From a virus (lineage: Duplodnaviria; Caudoviricetes), in IMG/VR virus record IMGVR_UViG_3300021295_000003, positions 1 through 64,000 of that record: a stretch of DNA of 64,000 nt; one strand, 5' to 3'. The notes beneath the pieces are model-generated. The model saw only the letters and a program-made list of their open reading frames with translations, had not been told where the DNA came from and made no database searches. Below, piece after piece: positions 58,309-64,000 of this stretch (its first letter is position 1; the number at the start of each line of letters is the position of its first letter). A program made the position numbers and the translations under genes.

Positions 58309-59202
58309 TTAGATACCTTCTTGGAAGACTACTGCTTTTGGTTCAAGAACTGCAAATCCATATTCAACATACATTTGGATTTTAACACTACGAGGGATTT
58401 CATCTAATTTATCAACACGATTAATGTGGATAAAAGTACCGAAATCATCGTGTAAAAGGTTATCAGTTGGATATACATTGTAATACCATTTAGCAGGTTT
58501 AAGGTTCATATCAATACCAAGTAAACCGCTTTCTAATTCGCCAATACCTTTAAGGGTTGCACCACGTACGTTAGCAGGGTTGAAACCATCATCATTCACA
58601 ACTTCGTAGTAATCTTCTGCTCCCCAATAGGAAGCTTTGGAAGTGAACATATCAGTTAATTTGTAATCGTAACCTTCCTGATTTTCAAAAGCACGTATTA
58701 AGTGTTTCACGTCATCATCAATGTACTCATTACCTTCGGTAGCCCAAGAACCTCCACCAAGAGTAATGGTTGGAGCTTCTGCTGCTTGGGTGAGTACAAC
58801 ATAAGCGTGTCTGTTAAGGGTTCTTGCCATAGCATAACCCATCATATCAGTAGTTAATTGGATTTTATCAGCGTTAATTGGGTCACGGAGTGCTTCTTCG
58901 GTGAACTCTGCTTCAAAACCAATTCTACGCATTTTACCGATGTTACGGCTAATTCCAGTAATTTTAACTTGTGGAAGTTGTGCTGCTTCCATAATTTCAA
59001 CTGGTTCGTGTAAAATACCGTTTACGATTTGTTGTTCTGCGTTAGACTCGTTTCTTGCGAATGCAAAACTATCTCTACCTTCATTGTTCTTTTTCTCGAA
59101 CATTCCAAGCATATTTAAAGTTGGGTTCATCTTTTCAAAGGTAGTGAGTTCGATATTTTCTGGTTGTAATATCTCATCAATTTCTTGTACGATAAGTGAC
59201 AT
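58309..59202 (-). CDS. Major capsid protein (HK97 fold)
   Basis: Position, size, IGFEAEFTEEAL and GFAVLEPKAV motifs. Confidence 0.75.
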   Translation of the reverse strand: MSLIVQEIDEILQPENIELTTFEKMNPTLNMLGMFEKKNNEGRDSFAFARNESNAEQQIVNGILHEPVEIMEAAQLPQVKITGISRNIGKMRRIGFEAEFTEEALRDPINADKIQLTTDMMGYAMARTLNRHAYVVLTQAAEAPTITLGGGSWATEGNEYIDDDVKHLIRAFENQEGYDYKLTDMFTSKASYWGAEDYYEVVNDDGFNPANVRGATLKGIGELESGLLGIDMNLKPAKWYYNVYPTDNLLHDDFGTFIHINRVDKLDEIPRSVKIQMYVEYGFAVLEPKAVVFQEGI

Positions 59203-59216
59203 AAAAATAATCCTCC

Positions 59217-59768
59217 TTATTTAATTGCTAATGCAGGAACGAAACCTGCTTTTAAAGCTTCTACACTTGCAAGGGAAATCCAATTAGTTTCACTATTAGA
59301 TGTTTCAAATTCCTCATTTGCTGTGGAGTCTAAAAAGTCCCCTGCGGTAATTGCAGCATTTGCGGATTTGATTTTTAGTTCGTCTACTGTTGCTCCGAAA
59401 AATTCGACAGTTGCTCCTCTTGGGATAAATTCTCCCCATTCTTTGCTTTCTCTTGGTAAAATGTTTTGTTCATCTTCTGTCCAACCCATACCATCTCTTA
59501 ATTGTGGGTTGTTGATGATTTTACCAATGGCTTGACTTGCTTTTGGAGCTGGTTTTACAATAATATCTCTTGCAGTTGAGTCTTGGTGTAAAATAACGTA
59601 CTGTCCAATGTGCATAGGTGCAGCAAAAGTCCAATCAGGGTTTGGTCTACCAAATTCATCAAATCCTGTGTTCTTAAAAGTCATATCCCCTTCATACAGT
59701 CTTACTGCTAATCTTGGTCTATGATTTCCGTAATCCCTTGCAGGGATACCTGCGTCAATAACTCCCAT
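59217..59768 (-). CDS. Putative capsid cement/decoration protein
   Basis: Between scaffold and MCP; AITAGD motif. Confidence 0.5.
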   Translation of the reverse strand: MGVIDAGIPARDYGNHRPRLAVRLYEGDMTFKNTGFDEFGRPNPDWTFAAPMHIGQYVILHQDSTARDIIVKPAPKASQAIGKIINNPQLRDGMGWTEDEQNILPRESKEWGEFIPRGATVEFFGATVDELKIKSANAAITAGDFLDSTANEEFETSNSETNWISLASVEALKAGFVPALAIK

Positions 59769-59769
59769 T

Positions 59770-60681
59770 CTATTCTCCTCCTTGTTTTATAAAAGATGGT
59801 TCTTTACCATCGTGGGTTTTTTTGTAAAATTCTAATGCTTTTTCAGCTTTTGACGGTTCGTTACCCTCGTTTCCTTCACCTACACCTTCGGCGTTTTGTG
59901 AGCCGATACCTTGTGCTTTTTTAGTGATTTCACGGTGGTTTGCAAGACTTTCAAGTTGTTCCATTGAAGCGTCTTTCCACGCTTTTTTGGCTTCTTCGTC
60001 TTCGCCAAATGCCTTGTTAAGCAATTCTGTTTTCTTGGCTTCTTCTATTTTAGAATAAGCCTCTGCTCTTGGTTTTAAACCATCTATTTGAGCTTGATAA
60101 TCTTCGTTTGAAGATTTTAAAGTAGTAATTTCTTGTTCTAATTCAGTAATCCTATTGTTTAAATCATCGACTTCGCCTAATTTTTTCTTATTAGCTTCAA
60201 TAATCGCTTCTTTTTGTGCGACTTGTTTGTTTAAGTCTTTGATTTGTCCATTTAAGGTATTAATTAGTTCTTCGTTCATTTTACTTCCTCCTTCGACACT
60301 ATTACATAAAATATGGCTTCTTGGTTTATCAGTCAAAATTACTTTTAATAATTCCCCATCAATAGCTTCGTAATAATCGCCTTTATCAATAAAATTAACA
60401 GAGAACTCTGGACTGAACCCTAAACCATCTAATTTCTCGTTAGTAGTTACTTCGGCTACTAATTCATTGTTATTAAAACCATAATTGTTAGTATAACCTA
60501 TCACATCAATTTTATTGTCCCCGTGTGAAGCTTCTAATGTTGAGCCACCAGTCTTTGAGGCAATCTCCTTTAAGAAACCATCAGTATAATTAACAGGTTT
60601 AACATCAAGTCCCTGTTTAATATACCATTCCTTATCATAAGTGATAGTACCAGTTTTAAATATAGTAAATTTATCAGTCAA
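59770..60681 (-). CDS. Prohead protease/scaffold protein
   Basis: N-domain (H..GFSPEF) plus acidic coiled coil. Confidence 0.6.
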   Translation of the reverse strand: MTDKFTIFKTGTITYDKEWYIKQGLDVKPVNYTDGFLKEIASKTGGSTLEASHGDNKIDVIGYTNNYGFNNNELVAEVTTNEKLDGLGFSPEFSVNFIDKGDYYEAIDGELLKVILTDKPRSHILCNSVEGGSKMNEELINTLNGQIKDLNKQVAQKEAIIEANKKKLGEVDDLNNRITELEQEITTLKSSNEDYQAQIDGLKPRAEAYSKIEEAKKTELLNKAFGEDEEAKKAWKDASMEQLESLANHREITKKAQGIGSQNAEGVGEGNEGNEPSKAEKALEFYKKTHDGKEPSFIKQGGE

Positions 60682-60687
60682 TATACA

Positions 60688-61461
60688 TCACCAACCCCTT
60701 AATTCCATATACTCATCAGAATAAACATCAGGCAACACCGGAACAAGAACACACATACCATTCGGGTGGTCTACTGGCCACCAAGACAATGGCATTGCTC
60801 CCATCGCTTCCAATTCATAACACCACGCACAAGTATTAATTCCACTCACACGCCAATAGAACAACGCTTCCTGCCCATAAATAAAAGTCTGATATTCACG
60901 TACAATCCTATTCCTTGCATACTGGGCATTATAATCAATATGATTAACCAAACGCCTCATAGCTCTACGGAAATTACTATGCAAACTAAACATACCAGTT
61001 GTAATAGCAACGTCCTTGTAAAAAGTTGCTTTATTCTTCAAATCAGTATATAATGTATCAGTAACTGTATCAACAGCAGAGTCAATAATAGACTCCAAAT
61101 CAACATCAGTAGAAACAGTTCCAGTTGGAATAGTGTATTCTACATCGAAATCAGCTTGAACATCAGCAATATAAGTCGCAAACAATGACATTAACAAATC
61201 TTTCATATCTGTATTGAAATCAGCGAGTTCCTCCTCAAAGGTTTCAGACAAGATATAAAATTCAGAGTCATACTTATGCAACAAATAAAACTCTTGAAGA
61301 AGACTTAAAGCAATTGCAATGAGTTTTTTAATTTTCTCATCACGTTCCTTCTCTTCTTCTTCCTCAAATTCTTCATCAGAGATTTCATTATCTAATAAAC
61401 CAAAAAACTCCTCATAATTTGGGGCTTCACGAACTGACTTCGGCAAGTCTACCAGCTCCAT
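60688..61461 (-). CDS. Head morphogenesis protein (Mu gpF/SPP1 gp7-like)
   Basis: TCAWC..PVDHPNGMC. Confidence 0.7.
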   Translation of the reverse strand: MELVDLPKSVREAPNYEEFFGLLDNEISDEEFEEEEEKERDEKIKKLIAIALSLLQEFYLLHKYDSEFYILSETFEEELADFNTDMKDLLMSLFATYIADVQADFDVEYTIPTGTVSTDVDLESIIDSAVDTVTDTLYTDLKNKATFYKDVAITTGMFSLHSNFRRAMRRLVNHIDYNAQYARNRIVREYQTFIYGQEALFYWRVSGINTCAWCYELEAMGAMPLSWWPVDHPNGMCVLVPVLPDVYSDEYMELRGW

Positions 61462-62722
61462 TGTTGATATTATTATAATTCATACCATCGGTTGGTTTTG
61501 AAGTTGAAATATTACCATTCTCATTGGTTATTGTATCGTCACCGTTTCCTGATCCTTCTTCGTTTTCAAGATATGTTCCCTCATTGATTTCAGGGTTGAA
61601 ATTAATCCAAACTTTTCCAGTCATACCTTTTAATTCAAGCATTGTTTGGAATAGTTTTTCCATATAACGTGATAACTTCTCTTGAATATATTCTTGGACT
61701 AATACTCTTCCGCTTTTGTCAGAGTCTAATTGTACTACCGCAGTAGAACGATTAGAGCTACTTGAAGAGTAAATCGCTTCCGGTGTGAATAATCCAACGA
61801 AAATACAATGTTCTAAATAATTTAAGTAATCTTGAACGTCAGGTAAGTTTGTATCTCCAATGAGTTGCGGTTCAATACCGAACGGTAAAGCAGTAACACC
61901 TAAATTATGATAATCTGATAACGCTTCGACCATTGCGTCCACTTCGTCATCTTCTATATTAACTTCCTTACGGTCTTTGTTACCTATTTGTAAAAATAAA
62001 GTGTTTGCTTGTTTAAAAACAATTTGGGGCATCATCTTTGTGAGCATTAAGTGCATATAAGCAAAATCCAAGACATTAGCCACTATTCCTTGTGGTTTAT
62101 CGTGTCTACGGAAAAATGCGGACACCATTAAATCATCAGGTTCAAAATCAAACTCCATTTGCTCATTATTCTTCACAATTTCGTTGAAACGTTTTCTAAA
62201 CCAACCTTTGTTAGTATTTTGGTTTACTTCAACGATTTGTTTGTAACCTATGATTTCTGCTCCGGTTTCATCATCGTAGATTTCTTTTATACGATAATTT
62301 TCCCCATCAAACGCTAATTCACGTAGAGTAACTTCGTTTTTATCTATAACTATCTCACGGAAGTCCACTCCATCAACACAATTATTCCATACAAGATTGT
62401 GCATTAAGGTTGAATAATCTAATCTTTCGTCTTCTTTGATGATGAAATCAATCGCTTCTTGATTATCGCCCTCAATAACCCAACCGCTAATAGATTTAAT
62501 TACTAAATCTTCTAAAATACCATTAACAATTGGGGATTTCTCTGCACATAATCGTAAATTCTTTATTGATGGAATAACAAGGTCTGGGAGTTTCTCTCCC
62601 CAATTAACACTTTCTTGATTTATATTCCCTCTTACATCATCAAAGCCAACATCTGTAATATCAGATTTTTCGCTATTGAATAATCTTGAACCGACTTTGA
62701 TAATTGGGTCAAATATTCCCAT
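61427..62722 (-). CDS. Portal protein
   Basis: Directly after TerL; size 431 aa. Confidence 0.75.
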   Translation of the reverse strand: MGIFDPIIKVGSRLFNSEKSDITDVGFDDVRGNINQESVNWGEKLPDLVIPSIKNLRLCAEKSPIVNGILEDLVIKSISGWVIEGDNQEAIDFIIKEDERLDYSTLMHNLVWNNCVDGVDFREIVIDKNEVTLRELAFDGENYRIKEIYDDETGAEIIGYKQIVEVNQNTNKGWFRKRFNEIVKNNEQMEFDFEPDDLMVSAFFRRHDKPQGIVANVLDFAYMHLMLTKMMPQIVFKQANTLFLQIGNKDRKEVNIEDDEVDAMVEALSDYHNLGVTALPFGIEPQLIGDTNLPDVQDYLNYLEHCIFVGLFTPEAIYSSSSSNRSTAVVQLDSDKSGRVLVQEYIQEKLSRYMEKLFQTMLELKGMTGKVWINFNPEINEGTYLENEEGSGNGDDTITNENGNISTSKPTDGMNYNNINNGAGRLAEVSS

Positions 62723-62723
62723 C

Positions 62724-64000
62724 TTAATACACTCTCACTTTTCTGTAAAAATCTTTTCCCATAGGACGATTTGGTGATAAACTTCCCCTTACACCATACA
62801 CTCCATAAGCCAATGCGTCCATAGCGTGGTCATTAACCTTTACTGGCTCATCAAGAGTCACTCCTTCACGGTTTTTACGATATTTATAACCTTTAATCTC
62901 ACGTATTGTATTAACGCAACGTGGGTGAATATGAATACGAGTCTGCTTTGTAGTAGTGATTTTCGCCTTAACGTCCTTAATTCCTTTCTCCATTGGAAAA
63001 CCATTCTGTACAAACTCTTCAATACGGTCAGGTTCGGCAGCGTCACCGTAACCTGTGTTTAAATGCTCCGGCAGTAATTTATGCTTGAATAACATATCTT
63101 TACACTCTTGAATTAATTCACGGTTTAATAATTTCGCTTTATAAACCTCATCAAGCACATACACTTCATTATCATACCAAGCAAGTAATAAAAAACAACT
63201 TGGATTGTTAAAACCGAAGTCTGCTCCGAAACTGTAAAAATCAAAATTATCACGGACAACAACTGTATCATAGTTCGGATAAATCACATCTGTTAATTTA
63301 CCCCATTGTCCGGCACTATAACGAAGCCATAGCTCGTAATCTTCGTTTTTCAAGTTATCATAATAATCACGCTGAAATTTCGGTAATTTCAAATTCTCAC
63401 TATAATGGAAATGTGCTGATTTCCTCCTTTTCTGAATATTAGCCAAAATTTCCTCATAACTTGGATAAGGTTTGCCCTCTGCGATGGCTTCTTGTTTTTT
63501 AGTTTCAAATTCAGTAGTAGCGTCCGCAAATTCGTGATAACGTTTATAAATCCAATGCTCCTCACTTTCAGGTTGAACTACAAGTAACATTTGCGAATAT
63601 CCTCCTTCACGTTTACTTGCCTCGCCCCTACCAAGACGTAACATTAGTTCAATATAAAACTCGGGACTATTAAGTTCCTCCGCTTGTTCAATGTATATCA
63701 TATCTGCGTTGATTGAACGCACCTTCGAGAGCTCGTCTAACGCACCAAAATACAATTTACTATTGTTACTAAACGTAATAACTCCCTCTGACTTGTTTTC
63801 CTCATAAGGAATACCCAAATCATACAAAATATTACGAATTTCCTTCCAAGAAGTACGCTTCAAAGACGGTAAAGTCTTACGATAAATATAAATTGAAGCG
63901 TCAGGATACTTTAACGCATAAAAAATGACTTTATAACAAGCAAAGATAGTCTTACCTGATCCCGCACTACCCTCTATGAGTAATTCACGTGTACGGTCAT
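62724..64000 (-). CDS. terL: Terminase large subunit (5' end outside window)
   Basis: Walker A EGSAGSGKT near 63950-63975; nuclease motifs DFGFNNP and DHAMDAL. Confidence 0.9.
   Translation of the reverse strand, partial: DRTRELLIEGSAGSGKTIFACYKVIFYALKYPDASIYIYRKTLPSLKRTSWKEIRNILYDLGIPYEENKSEGVITFSNNSKLYFGALDELSKVRSINADMIYIEQAEELNSPEFYIELMLRLGRGEASKREGGYSQMLLVVQPESEEHWIYKRYHEFADATTEFETKKQEAIAEGKPYPSYEEILANIQKRRKSAHFHYSENLKLPKFQRDYYDNLKNEDYELWLRYSAGQWGKLTDVIYPNYDTVVVRDNFDFYSFGADFGFNNPSCFLLLAWYDNEVYVLDEVYKAKLLNRELIQECKDMLFKHKLLPEHLNTGYGDAAEPDRIEEFVQNGFPMEKGIKDVKAKITTTKQTRIHIHPRCVNTIREIKGYKYRKNREGVTLDEPVKVNDHAMDALAYGVYGVRGSLSPNRPMGKDFYRKVRVY

Noticed and set aside
33800-63100. Numerous + strand ORFs inside module B (and - strand ORFs inside module A)
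   Set aside because: Antisense shadows of long genes with no RBS or recognisable motifs

Overview
The whole window is tailed archaeal virus (Caudoviricetes) DNA; no host genes are visible. The host is most likely a pseudomurein-walled methanogen (Methanobacteriales, probably Methanobrevibacter), inferred from two PMBR+C39 endolysins, transglutaminase-like Cys-His virion peptidases and adhesin-like Ig/beta-helix proteins. There are two different virion modules. Module A (+ strand, 1-13 kb) has a tape-measure C-terminus, contractile-type baseplate (gp25/J/I-like), fibres/adhesins and an endolysin. An early region follows (+, 14-30 kb): divergent AbrB-like regulator, helicase-like protein with iteron origin, DNA MTase, ferredoxin, tyrosine recombinase, an 'MTEKRF' small-gene array, HNH and ERCC4 nucleases. 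Module B (- strand, 30.6-64 kb) is a sheath-less, siphovirus-like late operon running from terminase to a second endolysin. Highlights: (1) an apparent invertible adhesin switch, in which a start-less alternative C-terminal domain lies tail-to-tail with the adhesin between inverted recombination-like sites; (2) in module B, every GATC I found lies in CTGATCC/GGATCAG; (3) an intronless tRNA-Trp and a multi-stem T-loop RNA inside the tail operon; (4) a predicted +1 UUU_CGU chaperone frameshift; (5) a hybrid gene near 22.83 kb that may join two related genomes. All calls come from manual reading and motif recognition, not database searches.
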